Shown one piece after another: positions 36,137-45,824 of a stretch of 64,000 nt of DNA (its first letter is position 1; every line of letters begins with the position of its first letter). This stretch comes from Candidatus Woesebacteria bacterium (lineage in GTDB: Bacteria; Patescibacteriota; Microgenomatia; UBA1400; PJMF01): contig JASFHL010000001.1 in the NCBI GenBank assembly GCA_050123235.1, positions 20,651-84,650 of the forward strand, in the 5' to 3' direction. Under the pieces are notes generated by a model. The model did no database searches. It was not told the origin of the DNA and saw nothing but the letters and a program-made list of their open reading frames with translations. Both the position numbers and the translations under genes were made by a program.

Positions 36137-36219
36137 AGCCAGGTTACTCAAGTGGTCAACGAGGGCAGTCTGTAAAACTGCTGGCTTTCGCCTACGTAGG
36201 TTCGAATCCTACACCTGGC
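36137..36219 (+). tRNA. tRNA-Tyr (anticodon GTA, long variable arm)
   Basis: 83 nt. Acceptor GCCAGGT/ACCTGGC. Anticodon loop CTGTAAA. Variable arm GGCTTTCGCCTACG. T-arm GTAGGTTCGAATCCTAC. Confidence 0.9.
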
Positions 36220-36338
36220 ACAATTTATTAAAACGAAAATTAAATTATGAGTCTTTATCAAGAAGAAGATATACGCACATACTTAGAAAAGTGAAGAAAG
36301 GGGATAGTTGTAATGTTTTGATATGTTTTGATTTACTC

Positions 36339-36367
36339 TTGACAAATCTCAAGAATTTTAATATATT
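36339..36367 (+). promoter_or_regulatory. Near-consensus sigma70-type promoter (TTGACA-N17-TATATT)
   Basis: ttgaca at 36339-44, 17-nt spacer, tatatt at 36362-67. Followed within 25 nt by a terminator-like hairpin. Confidence 0.4.
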
Positions 36368-36388
36368 ATTGACACGCTAATGTAAATA

Positions 36389-36412
36389 GCCCAAAAAAAA
36401 GGGCTTTTTTTT
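36389..36412. terminator. Bidirectional intrinsic terminator-like hairpin
   Basis: gccc-aaaaaaaa-gggc followed by tttttttt and preceded by an A-run in the loop. Confidence 0.45.
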
Positions 36413-36459
36413 GTTCTCTAGAGAAATTTCTAGTCAATAAATTGAATTATTTTCCCTGG

Positions 36460-36486
36460 GAAGCCCTTCATGAGGGCTTTTTTTGT
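36460..36486 (+). terminator. Intrinsic terminator-like hairpin immediately upstream of the next gene
   Basis: aagccct-tcatg-agggctt followed by tttttgttttt. Confidence 0.45.
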
Positions 36487-36503
36487 TTTTAAGAAAGGAT
36501 TTT

Positions 36504-37628
36504 ATGACTTACATTCAGCCTTTATCAAAATATAAATTTAACCTAAAAGCTAAGAAACTAGAGGGTCTTGCTAGATTAGCTCAGTTAAATATTCCGACTG
36601 TTTCAAATTTGTTTATTGTCTCTACAAAACTTTATTTTGAGTTTTTAGAGACAAATAAACTATCTTCAGCAGCTTTGCGAGAATTAAAGGACGTGTTCAA
36701 TTCTATTCGCAAACAAGGGGAAAGCATTACTTTAAGAAATTCCATTTATGAAGATGCAAATCCTGCTATTGCTTTTAGCGTTAGCAATTCTCTGAATCTG
36801 AAAACTTTTTCTGAATTTAAAAAGAAGATGTTACTTGGTTTTAAAAAGGCAATCAAGACTGCAATTGATCCAAGCCAAGTAGAGTTTTCTTACTTAATCC
36901 AATCTTTTTATTCTTCTGAAAAATGTGGCTCTGTTTTATCAGATAATGGTCAAGGTTTGATTTATCTTCAAGCTATTTTAGGGCAGCACAGTAAACTGTT
37001 ACTTAGAGGGGATATTGAGCCTGATGTTTATGAAATCAAAAAAGGTAGTTACAAAATTCTTAAAAAACAAATTGCTAAAAAGGAACACAGAATCAAAAAG
37101 ATGAGTGCCGGCACTAAAAAGGTCAGGGTAAGAAAAGCTGAACAAAATAAGGCTGTTTTAACTGATGATCAAGTGAAGAGAATCGCCAAATTATCACAAG
37201 TAGTTGAAAGATCTTTTGGGCCACAGGAGATGGAATGGGCTGTGCTTGATTCAGGCAAAATTCTTTTTCAAGAGACTCGAGATTTTCAATTGTCAACTAA
37301 AATAAGTTTTACTAAAAGAGCAGATGTGATTTTTCCGGCACGCACTCAAGGTGAAGTAGTTAATCTCAAAAAAATGCCAAAAGCAGCCTCTTTGTCAGAT
37401 AAGATTGTGGTAACAAATAATTTAAACATCTCCTTTATTAATAAATTGGCTTTTCTACATCGTCCCAAAGCTGTGATTCTAACTAAAGGATCTGTGACAG
37501 CTCATGCTGCAACTGTGTTGAGGGAATCAAAGGTAACTACTATTTTAGCCAGAGATATTCAATTACAAGATGGAGAAAAAATTCAAATAGAAAAAGATGG
37601 AAGTATCAATAAGCTTGTTGAGAAATGA
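36504..37628 (+). CDS. PEP-utilizing enzyme family protein (PPDK_N ATP-grasp-like domain + phosphohistidine swivel domain)
   Basis: Start chosen at the ATG with RBS gaaagga (longest ORF from TTG 36483). EWAVLDSGKILFQETRDF matches the end of PPDK_N. C-terminal TKGSVTAHAATVLRESKVTTILA matches the PEP-utilizing mobile His domain (G..TSHAAI.ARE.G.P.V). Confidence 0.55.
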   Translation: MTYIQPLSKYKFNLKAKKLEGLARLAQLNIPTVSNLFIVSTKLYFEFLETNKLSSAALRELKDVFNSIRKQGESITLRNSIYEDANPAIAFSVSNSLNLKTFSEFKKKMLLGFKKAIKTAIDPSQVEFSYLIQSFYSSEKCGSVLSDNGQGLIYLQAILGQHSKLLLRGDIEPDVYEIKKGSYKILKKQIAKKEHRIKKMSAGTKKVRVRKAEQNKAVLTDDQVKRIAKLSQVVERSFGPQEMEWAVLDSGKILFQETRDFQLSTKISFTKRADVIFPARTQGEVVNLKKMPKAASLSDKIVVTNNLNISFINKLAFLHRPKAVILTKGSVTAHAATVLRESKVTTILARDIQLQDGEKIQIEKDGSINKLVEK

Positions 37629-37707
37629 ACGATAGCTAGATATTTCTATATTTTAAATCATATTTTGAGAGCGATATTTAGCTTTTACTTATTTTTTTAA
37701 AAGAAAT

Positions 37708-38475
37708 ATGAAAACAATTATTAAAGCAAAAGAAATTAATCTAGATAATAGCAGTTTAGTAGGAAACAAAGCTGCCAATTTAGCTGAATTGTCTAAGAAC
37801 GGCTTAGAAACAGCAGACTTTTTTGTAGTGAGCAATTATGCCTTTAAAAGATTTCTTGACAAAAAAGCTTTGACCCTAGATTTGCAAAAAGATATCTGGC
37901 ATCATTTAATTAACTTTCAAGGTACAACAATGGCAGTTAGATCATCTGCCAATGTAGAAGATAGTAAAGATTGTTCTTTTGCAGGTCAATTTCATTCTTA
38001 TCTTTCTGTACCAAACCGAGAAGTTTATCAGGCGGTTGAGGATTGTTTTAATTCAGTTTTTAGCGATCAGGTGAATCTTTATTGTCAGTATCAAAAAATT
38101 GATCCAGCTGATATTAGAATGGCAGTCATTGTGCAAAAAATGATCAAAGCTGATAAGGCTGGCGTTATTTTTACAAAGGATGTTTTTAATGATGATAAAG
38201 ATAAAGTTATAATTGAAGTAGTGAAGGGCATAGCTGAGAAGTTAGTTGATGGCTCAACTAATTCTGAAAAATTTATTTTTTCTAAAAAAAGAAAAAAATT
38301 TCAAAATTATAAGAAAGGTAAAAACCAGCTTGATTCAATATTGACTTTGGAAGAAGCTGAACGTTTAGCAGAAATGTCTTTGCAGGTAGAGGATTTATTT
38401 GGAGGGGTACAAGATATTGAGTGGGCTATGGAAGATGATCAAATCTATATTTTACAAACTAGACCAATTACTTAA
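37708..38475 (+). CDS. PEP/pyruvate-binding (PPDK_N) ATP-grasp domain protein
   Basis: 255 aa. VGNKAANLAELSKNGLETADFFVV at the N-terminus and VQDIEWAMEDDQIYILQTRPIT at the C-terminus are the PPDK_N family end motifs. Confidence 0.6.
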   Translation: MKTIIKAKEINLDNSSLVGNKAANLAELSKNGLETADFFVVSNYAFKRFLDKKALTLDLQKDIWHHLINFQGTTMAVRSSANVEDSKDCSFAGQFHSYLSVPNREVYQAVEDCFNSVFSDQVNLYCQYQKIDPADIRMAVIVQKMIKADKAGVIFTKDVFNDDKDKVIIEVVKGIAEKLVDGSTNSEKFIFSKKRKKFQNYKKGKNQLDSILTLEEAERLAEMSLQVEDLFGGVQDIEWAMEDDQIYILQTRPIT

Positions 38476-38539
38476 TTTATTTGTAAATTTGCCAATCTCT
38501 GTTAGTTGGTCGTAGGGAAGCAAACATTAAAAATAGAAT

Positions 38540-39022
38540 ATGTCAAAACATCGTCATACCGTAGTTCCTAGAACTTTATGCTTTGTCTTTCACCAAGACG
38601 AGCTTTTATTAATTAAAGCCAATGCTAGCAAAGATTGGGAAGGATTTTACAATGCCTTGGGAGGGCATATTGAGAAGGGGGAAGATATTATTGATAATGC
38701 AGTTAGAGAAATTAAAGAAGAGTCAGGGTTAGATGTGACTGAAACTAAATTGAAGGGTATTGTGCACGCAAGTAATTTTTTTGGCAAAGATATCATGATG
38801 TTTGTTACTACTAGCAAGGCTAGCACCAAAACTCTTGATGAAATTGAAACTCGTGAAGGAAATCTGGAATGGGTGAGAGTATCAGAACTAGATAAATTAA
38901 AAATTTTTGATGATATTAAACCTATTTTGAGCAAAATTCTAAAAAATGATTCGGATGAGGTCTTTACAGCTGCGAGCGAATTTGATGGTAAAGATGGCTT
39001 GCTAAAGATATCATTTTCTTGA
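38540..39022 (+). CDS. Nudix hydrolase
   Basis: 160 aa. Nudix box GGHIEKGEDIIDNAVREIKEESGL (GX5EX7REUXEEXGU). Confidence 0.8.
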   Translation: MSKHRHTVVPRTLCFVFHQDELLLIKANASKDWEGFYNALGGHIEKGEDIIDNAVREIKEESGLDVTETKLKGIVHASNFFGKDIMMFVTTSKASTKTLDEIETREGNLEWVRVSELDKLKIFDDIKPILSKILKNDSDEVFTAASEFDGKDGLLKISFS

Positions 39023-39194
39023 TTTTAATAATTAATGAATCAAAGTAGATAAATCACTATAGTGATGATGCCTTCTTTATAAAGGAGGTGGATTTTTTGA
39101 TTCAGAATATTTTTTCTTACCCCTTAGCGACTTTTTATTTCGTCTGGTAAAATACTTCAGTAAGTGAATTTTAATATTTACTACAGATAGTCAC

Positions 39195-39268
39195 GCCAAT
39201 GTAGCTCAGCTGGTCAGAGCAACGGTTTTGTAAACCGTAGGTCGTGGGTTCGAGTCCCACCATTGGCT
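39195..39268 (+). tRNA. tRNA-Thr (anticodon TGT)
   Basis: 74 nt GCCAATGTAGCTCAGCTGGTCAGAGCAACGGTTTTGTAAACCGTAGGTCGTGGGTTCGAGTCCCACCATTGGCT. Anticodon loop TTTGTAA. Confidence 0.85.
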
Positions 39269-39272
39269 CATC

Positions 39273-41180
39273 ATGATGAACATTACTAACACTATTCAGA
39301 ATTTAATCCAGCAGGCTCTGACAGAGTTAGGTTTTACAGTGGAGCAGAGTGAGATCACGCTTGAGCATCCAGCTGACCTTAAATTTGGTGATTATAGCTC
39401 TAATGTGGCGATGGTAAATTACAACCGGTGGGTCCAACAGCTTTCTAATAAAAAAATGCAGTGGCTGGACCGTAATAAGACAAATTCAGATCAGTATAAC
39501 GGTCCCAGAGCCTTAGCCCAAGCTATTGCTGATAAAATCCAGGCGCAACTTGCCAAAGATAAGAAAACAATGATAGCAGAAGTATCTGTAGCAGGGCCCG
39601 GCTTCATTAATTTCAAACTTAGTGACAGTTTTTTCCTGGCTGCCATGCAGCAGCTTATTAAACAAAAGGCAGATCTAATTCCTCTATTGAACAAAAATAA
39701 ACGAGTGATGGTGGAATTTACTGATCCAAATCCTTTCAAAGAGTTTCATATTGGTCATTTATATAGCAATATTGTGGGAGAGTCTTTAGCTAGATTATTT
39801 GAAATCACAGGGGCTAAAGTAAAAAGAGTTTGTTATCAAGGTGATGTGGGTATGCATGTAGCTAAGTCAGTTTGGGGAATGTTGAAAAAAATGGATCAAG
39901 CAAAGTTGGAGCTTCAGGATCTGGAAAAATGGCCGCTTAATAAGAGAGTGAATTTTTTGGGTCAAAGCTATGCACTAGGTGCTAATGAATACAAAGGAGA
40001 TGAAAAGACCCAAGAAAGAATAAAGAATCTAAACTACTTAATATATATCTGTGGTCAAGAGAATTTAGAAGAATTAAATAACTGGCAAGCACAAGTTGAT
40101 TACAAGCAATATCTCAAAGAGAGTGGTTTTGATTACCAAGAAGTTAAGCGTGTCTACCAAGTAGGCAGAGCTTGGAGCCTGGAATACTTTGAGAGTATTT
40201 ACCAGAGATTGGGTACTAAGTTTGATGACTACTTTTTTGAGAGCTTGGTGGGAGAGTTAGGAATTAAAGTAGTTCGCGAAAATATCAAAAATAAAATTTT
40301 TCAAAAAAGCAAAGGCGCTATTATTTTTCCAGGAGAAAAATATGCTTTACATAATCGAGTGTTTATCAACTCATTGGGCTTACCTACTTATGAGGCCAAA
40401 GAATTGGGCTTAGCTATAGAGAAGAATAAAAGGTGGCCCTATGATTTATCTATTCCTGTTACTGGTAATGAAATTGATGAATATTTCAAAGTTTTATTAA
40501 CTGCCTTAAGGCAAGTGAAACCAGAGCTGGCCAAAAAAACTGTTCACATCTCTCACGGCATGGTTAGACTACCAGAGGGTAAAATGTCTAGTAGGACTGG
40601 CAAGGTTCTAACTGGTGAATGGATGCTGGATAAAGCAAAGGATTTGGTGAAAAAAATTCTTGATGAAACAAGGACAGAAGTCCCAAGTGCTGAAAAAGAA
40701 GATGTGGCAGAGAAGGTGGGCCAGGCAGCTATCAAGTTTGCTTTACTTTCAACAGATTTGGGTAGAAACATTGCTTTTGCTTTTGATACTTCTTTAAAGT
40801 TTAGTGGCTTTTCCGGTCCTTACCTGCAATATACTTATGCCAGGTGTCAAAGTGTTTTGAGAAATGCTAAGTTAAAATCAGAGACAAAACTAGCTTCTAA
40901 GTTTAGTGATATTAAGCAAGAAGAAAAAGCTTTGCTAAGAGTGATCTATCAGTTTCCTGAGGTGGTATTAAAGGCAGCTAGCAACTTTATTCCTCATCAT
41001 CTTGCTACTTACCTTTTTGAATTAGCTCAATCTTATAGCAGTTTTTATAGTAAACATCAGATCATTAAAGCAACCACTCAAGAACAAAAGCTCTTTAGAC
41101 TGCAATTGACTCAGGCAACAGCTTTGATTTTGAAAAAAGGTTTGGGTTTATTGGGTATCCAAGTAGTAGAGAGGATGTAA
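39273..41180 (+). CDS. argS: Arginyl-tRNA synthetase
   Basis: 635 aa. Class I HIGH motif (FKEFHIGHLYSNIVGESLARLFE). KMSSRTG (KMSKS-type). DALR-like anticodon-binding C-terminus. Confidence 0.9.
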   Translation: MMNITNTIQNLIQQALTELGFTVEQSEITLEHPADLKFGDYSSNVAMVNYNRWVQQLSNKKMQWLDRNKTNSDQYNGPRALAQAIADKIQAQLAKDKKTMIAEVSVAGPGFINFKLSDSFFLAAMQQLIKQKADLIPLLNKNKRVMVEFTDPNPFKEFHIGHLYSNIVGESLARLFEITGAKVKRVCYQGDVGMHVAKSVWGMLKKMDQAKLELQDLEKWPLNKRVNFLGQSYALGANEYKGDEKTQERIKNLNYLIYICGQENLEELNNWQAQVDYKQYLKESGFDYQEVKRVYQVGRAWSLEYFESIYQRLGTKFDDYFFESLVGELGIKVVRENIKNKIFQKSKGAIIFPGEKYALHNRVFINSLGLPTYEAKELGLAIEKNKRWPYDLSIPVTGNEIDEYFKVLLTALRQVKPELAKKTVHISHGMVRLPEGKMSSRTGKVLTGEWMLDKAKDLVKKILDETRTEVPSAEKEDVAEKVGQAAIKFALLSTDLGRNIAFAFDTSLKFSGFSGPYLQYTYARCQSVLRNAKLKSETKLASKFSDIKQEEKALLRVIYQFPEVVLKAASNFIPHHLATYLFELAQSYSSFYSKHQIIKATTQEQKLFRLQLTQATALILKKGLGLLGIQVVERM

Positions 41181-41344
41181 AGATATTGACTGCAAATAAA
41201 TCTTAGACCGTTAAAGCGATGTCTGGTTAGGATTGCATTAGCAGTCAATATTTTTTAGATTTCTACACTGGATCAGGAATTTAACAATTTTTATGATAAA
41301 ATATCTCTCTTGAGTAAAAAATTTTAAAAGAATAAGGAAAAATC

Positions 41345-41551
41345 ATGGCAAAAAAGAAAAAAGGACCAAGACAAGCTGCAGGTTTGAAATGTACTGTTTG
41401 TGGCAATTTTAATTACATTACTGAATTTAATAAAAATAATGAGCAATTGAAAAAGCAAACCACAGGTGAAAGTACTTTTCCTCTTAAAAAGTACTGCAAT
41501 AAAGTTTGTAAAAAACGCACAAAACATGTGCTGGCTAAAAAACTCAAATAA
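41345..41551 (+). CDS. rpmG: 50S ribosomal protein L33
   Basis: 68 aa. MAKKKKGPRQAAGLKCTVCGNFNYITEFNKNN...LKKYCNKVCKKRTKHVLAKK matches the L33 pattern C..C...NY.T.KN..N....L.L.KYC..C.KHT.H.E.K. RBS aaggaaaa upstream. Confidence 0.75.
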   Translation: MAKKKKGPRQAAGLKCTVCGNFNYITEFNKNNEQLKKQTTGESTFPLKKYCNKVCKKRTKHVLAKKLK

Positions 41552-41605
41552 ATTTTAAGCTCAGTTTTTAAATATCTCCTTAGCGGTCTTTAAAGCGACA
41601 GAGCT

Positions 41606-43042
41606 TTACTTAGAACTTTTTACCGCTTTCAAAATGTTACGAGCACCCTTGAGAAAAAGAGGATCAATTCTCACCGCATTCAGCATAGCTTTTTCTACCC
41701 ATGATTGGGCTCGGCCCCTAGTTTGAGTAATCTCATCTAGTTGTTCTATAATGTTTTTGACATTAGCTTTTTGGCTAATTTCTTTTTGTTCAAAAATTTT
41801 TCTAATATTATGTTCCCATTCACCCCATTCTTTTAGTGTCAAAAGAAAACTCCCACTAGCTACAGCATCATAAGCCATATCACCAGAAGGTTTAGTAATA
41901 AAGCCATCAGCCCAAGGAAAGGCAAACTTGATCAACAATTCATTGGCATCAACAATTTGAGGATGATAAAGTAGGGTTAAGAAGGCTTGTTCTTGATCAA
42001 TTAGCAGTTTTTTTTGAGGGCAGGCTTTTTTTTCGTCCTCTTGTTTATAAGGAGCAAGGGTGCTGCTTTCTAAATCAATTAAACTAGCTTTGAGGGCAAA
42101 TGGAGCTGGATCTTTGGGTTCTGGTTGGTAAATTTCAATCTGATATTTTTTAGCAAGCTTCAATACCATCTCTTTGATATCTTTTTGGGTGCCAGCATAG
42201 ACCATTAATCGATAGTTTTTTTGCTCTTTGACGATAGGCAATAATTGTTTGAGTAGATTTTTAATTTCATATTTATTAGTGCCTAAACCGCCAGTAGTAA
42301 TACAGAGTTTAAGTACGCCGCAGCGCCAAGCATGCTTATTTTTTCTGGTTTTGAGTATGCGAGGATCAATGGGTGAACCAGTAACAATTACCTGATTTTG
42401 TTTAACTTTTTTACCCATTTTTTCAGCTTTTTCAAAAAACTCTTTTTTAGTATCTTGATCAAAAACAGCAAACTTCATATTAGGTCGATCTGCATTAACA
42501 AGATAATCTTCTCGTACATGGGGATCAGTAATGACTTGAATAACTTCTTTACCAAGGCTAGCTAAAATATTACCAGCAGCAATGTGAAAGGAAAGAATTG
42601 GTTTCTTGATATTTTCGCTTAAATAAAGTAGAGGAGGAGTAATGCTTTTTAAGATTGGAAGTTTTTGCCTAGCAAATTTATCAACTAAATCTTTAATTTT
42701 TTTCAAAAAGGAATAGCGAGCTAAGGTTTTACCGATTGCCTCAGTTAATTGAATATTGTGTAAATCTGCTTGGCAAACATAATTTGTAGGATCAACCACC
42801 CAGGCTTTTTTGGGATCGATGTGCTTGCCCCATTGCTTGACAGCAACCCCTAGAGCCATTGAGTAATGAGCCCTAGAAAAAACAATATCAGGGATAGTGT
42901 CAACTTCTGGTAAACCATGGAGACCCTTGAGATCTTCTTTGTAGGTAGCTGAGACAGTGATGATGGGCAGTTCTGTCTTCTCTAAATAACGTTTATCTTG
43001 ACGGAAAGTTTTTCTAAGTTGCGGATCAAAAAGTTTGCGCAT
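41606..43042 (-). CDS. Glycosyltransferase, MGDG-synthase/UgtP/MurG-like (GT28-type) family
   Basis: 478 aa. C-terminal LIKFAFPWADGFITKPSGDMAYDAVASGSFLLT resembles the GT28/UgtP C-terminal motif (…ITKPGG.T..E..A...P…). Confidence 0.5.
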   Translation of the reverse strand: MRKLFDPQLRKTFRQDKRYLEKTELPIITVSATYKEDLKGLHGLPEVDTIPDIVFSRAHYSMALGVAVKQWGKHIDPKKAWVVDPTNYVCQADLHNIQLTEAIGKTLARYSFLKKIKDLVDKFARQKLPILKSITPPLLYLSENIKKPILSFHIAAGNILASLGKEVIQVITDPHVREDYLVNADRPNMKFAVFDQDTKKEFFEKAEKMGKKVKQNQVIVTGSPIDPRILKTRKNKHAWRCGVLKLCITTGGLGTNKYEIKNLLKQLLPIVKEQKNYRLMVYAGTQKDIKEMVLKLAKKYQIEIYQPEPKDPAPFALKASLIDLESSTLAPYKQEDEKKACPQKKLLIDQEQAFLTLLYHPQIVDANELLIKFAFPWADGFITKPSGDMAYDAVASGSFLLTLKEWGEWEHNIRKIFEQKEISQKANVKNIIEQLDEITQTRGRAQSWVEKAMLNAVRIDPLFLKGARNILKAVKSSK

Positions 43043-43233
43043 AAATCTATGCTAGAGATTTTGCATTTATAGGTCTAGTGGGAATTTTTAGAAGCTGGAA
43101 TTTAGGAGAGCTAATGGCCTGTTTCATAAGTAAATTACGCTCTTTATTACTACTTTTTTATTCGGGTAAAATCAAGCTTTATGATAAAATTAATAATAAA
43201 TTAAAACTTTTAACTTAAAATTAGTGAAAATAA

Positions 43234-43306
43234 AGGGCTGTGATGTTAATGGCTAGCATGGTGGTCTCCAAAACCACTCGTGGGGGTTCGAATCCCTCCA
43301 GCCCTG
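43234..43306 (+). tRNA. tRNA-Trp (anticodon CCA)
   Basis: 73 nt. Acceptor AGGGCTG/CAGCCCT. Anticodon stem GTGGT/ACCAC with loop CTCCAAA. T-arm GGGGGTTCGAATCCCTC. Followed by terminator hairpin agagctatgtatggctct + T-run. Confidence 0.8.
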
Positions 43307-43381
43307 CAAATTAAAAAGAGCTATGTATGGCTCTTTTTAATAAACTAATGTCTCTTGCATCATTACTGTTATAATTAATTT

Positions 43382-44641
43382 ATGAATGGAAAAGAAGTAG
43401 ATAGATGTGGTTTGTTGCACTTGGGCAAAGAACAACAAAAAAAAATTTTATTTTCATTACTTCATCAAAAAGAAGATTTAACTAGATTAATTCCAAGAAA
43501 AGAGGCTTTATGTATAGGAGAACATTTAGAAGCAGCAGGTTTAGTTGCTAACAAATGGAGTATCTGGAATGCTTTCTCGGTTTTATTTAAACCACTTGCT
43601 CCGAATAGTTCAGTTGCTGAGGTAAATTGTAATTTGATTGATCAAGAATATAAATTGGGAGGACTTATAGATAGTAATTTACCGTTAAGAGCTTTAACTC
43701 ATGTTTTAAGAAATTATTTTGTTGCTGGTTTTAGAAAAGAAATGGAAAACAGAAGTTTTTCTAACTTAGCTCAGCCAAATTTAGTTTCATATGTTACTAA
43801 TAGAATCGATCGTTCTCCTATGGATCCAGAAAATGCAGTTTTATCTATATCAAGCTTTGTTCCTCCTACTTATGGAGTATTTAATGTAGGAGTAGGAGCT
43901 ATATTTTATAGACAAAGTCAGTCTGGTAATCCTGAAATTTTAGTTGGTGAAAGAAGGAAAAGAGAAGGCAAATGGAGCCCAAATGGTTTGGTGATTCCTT
44001 CGGAAACGATGAATATTGTTTGTCCTAATTTAACTTATTTGCAAGATTATAATTTTTCTTCAGAAGAAACAATTGGTTTAGAGAATTGGTCTTGGGATTT
44101 ATTAGGCTGCATGTATGACTTAGCAGAGTTACCTGCTGAAGTTTTCTTGAAGAGACAATTAATGAGTATGTTATTTGCTGGTGAGGTTATGTCCTCACAG
44201 TGGAATAGAGCTTATACTCTTCAGGGTTTCTTACATACTTTAGTTCGAATGATGATAGAAGAATTAGTGGGTTTTTCTATACCGTCAAAAAGTCAGGCAA
44301 TACAAGAGTCAGACATCAAAAGTTTGCGGGAAAGTTATCTTACTCTACGTCAAGTATTTACAGAATCTAGTCACAGATTAAGTAATTATATTGCTGAAAA
44401 ATCGAGTTTATTGACTATGTATCTTGATATTTCATCTGGGGTGCCTTGGCTTGTACCCATAATTGCTTTACCAGTAAATGATGTACTAGGAACAGAGTTA
44501 GGTGCTTTAGTTTTAAATTCAGGACAATGGCACAAAGAATTTGATGGCGAAGCACGGTGGGTAGCTTGTGATAGTGAAGAATTAGTCGCTGAAGGGCCTA
44601 GATTTGCAGCGAGAAAACTTTTGGAGAAGGAATCTATTTAA
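43382..44641 (+). CDS. Hypothetical protein (module 1 of tRNA-Trp-associated array)
   Basis: 419-aa ORF. No recognizable motif. Bounded downstream by tRNA-Trp-3'-half-like repeat R1. Confidence 0.4.
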   Translation: MNGKEVDRCGLLHLGKEQQKKILFSLLHQKEDLTRLIPRKEALCIGEHLEAAGLVANKWSIWNAFSVLFKPLAPNSSVAEVNCNLIDQEYKLGGLIDSNLPLRALTHVLRNYFVAGFRKEMENRSFSNLAQPNLVSYVTNRIDRSPMDPENAVLSISSFVPPTYGVFNVGVGAIFYRQSQSGNPEILVGERRKREGKWSPNGLVIPSETMNIVCPNLTYLQDYNFSSEETIGLENWSWDLLGCMYDLAELPAEVFLKRQLMSMLFAGEVMSSQWNRAYTLQGFLHTLVRMMIEELVGFSIPSKSQAIQESDIKSLRESYLTLRQVFTESSHRLSNYIAEKSSLLTMYLDISSGVPWLVPIIALPVNDVLGTELGALVLNSGQWHKEFDGEARWVACDSEELVAEGPRFAARKLLEKESI

Positions 44642-44730
44642 TGCATAATTTTGCTTGGAGATAAATACAAATAGGCTCCAACATCCTTCGTTAGTCCTTT
44701 ATAAATAGTGTTTGCATTTTTTATTAAAAT

Positions 44731-44807
44731 TCCACTCGAGGTAGGTTCGAACATCGTCCACTAAGCCCTGTAGATGATAAAAAGAGCCATGCATGGCTCT
44801 TTTTTTA
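44731..44807 (+). repeat. Degenerate copy of tRNA-Trp 3' half + terminator hairpin (R1; a weaker copy also at 44671-44700)
   Basis: tccactcgaggtaggttcgaacatcgtccactaagccctg + agagccatgcatggctct + T-run. Compare the tRNA-Trp 3' region ccactcgtgggggttcgaatccctccagccctgca + agagctatgtatggctct + T-run. Confidence 0.6.
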
Positions 44808-44827
44808 ACGCTTGAGTATGTGAGTCA

Positions 44828-45544
44828 TTAAAAATTTTTCATCCATGAAGGCATTTCATCACCTAATTGAGCTTGCATTTTTGTTCTCCACTGTTGTGTT
44901 TCTGCCTTATCTCTTGCTGCTTGTTTTGCCTCAATTGCATCGCTTCTTTTTTGTAGATCTAAATATTGTTGTCTGGTTTGTTTTACAATTGATTCTGTTC
45001 CATAAATTTCTTCATAGGCTTTATCATGATAGGTAATTCCTGTGAGTTGATATGGTTTTCCTTCTCCTGCCTGAGTTTCGATTAATTCTTTGAGTTGTTG
45101 TCTAGTTCCTATAAAAACATGATTGTGTCCCACTAAATATTGACCAATACTGGGATCAATAATAATTTCCACTTCTTCTTCATCTATCACTATTAATTGA
45201 CGTAAGAATATGTGCGGATTGTAAACATCACTGATGTCATCTACGATAGCGTTTTGGCAACGATCAATATTAATTCCCATTTCAATAAGATTTCTCTGAA
45301 GTTCTGAACTTAAAGTATCACATTTTGACCAAAGTAGATCTCTATCAATGTAGTCCGAATCGACTTGTTCTGGTATTGTTGAAAGCTGTTTTTTAAATAT
45401 AAGACTTCCATCCAAAGCTCTTTCACCTACACCTAGTTTTTCTTGAAGGGCAATTTCAACTAATTGTCTTAAAACTTCAATAGCTTTTCTGATTTTTTCA
45501 TTTCTAGATAAAATTTCAGCTGTTTGTTTTTGTTCATCTGACAC
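44828..45544 (-). CDS. Hypothetical acidic protein (module 2)
   Basis: 238-aa ORF with no recognizable motif. Lies between repeats R1 and R2. Confidence 0.4.
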   Translation of the reverse strand: MSDEQKQTAEILSRNEKIRKAIEVLRQLVEIALQEKLGVGERALDGSLIFKKQLSTIPEQVDSDYIDRDLLWSKCDTLSSELQRNLIEMGINIDRCQNAIVDDISDVYNPHIFLRQLIVIDEEEVEIIIDPSIGQYLVGHNHVFIGTRQQLKELIETQAGEGKPYQLTGITYHDKAYEEIYGTESIVKQTRQQYLDLQKRSDAIEAKQAARDKAETQQWRTKMQAQLGDEMPSWMKNF

Positions 45545-45602
45545 TTAATCAGTCTAAGTAAAAAATGGTCAAGTTTCAAGAAGACAGTAAATTATAGAAA
45601 GC

Positions 45603-45644
45603 TCCACTCGAGGTAGGTTCGAACATCGTCCACTAAGCCCTGCA
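45603..45644 (+). repeat. Degenerate copy of tRNA-Trp 3' half (R2; weaker copy at 45747-45775)
   Basis: tccactcgaggtaggttcgaacatcgtccactaagccctgca, identical to R1 over 40 nt. ctcgag palindrome duplicated at 45605 and 45657. Confidence 0.6.
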
Positions 45645-45824
45645 GCGCATTTTTTACTCGAGCAGATATCCTATAAAAATAGAAGAGACGGAAGGAATTG
45701 GATTGAATTTTTTGCGTTTTTGTTCTCATTTATCAGCCCTTTTTAATAGGTTCGAGCGTTGTTTACTTAGACTTTTTTCGAATGGAGTTTTAAGTTTTAT
45801 GAATTAGCATGCTATAATTTTTTT

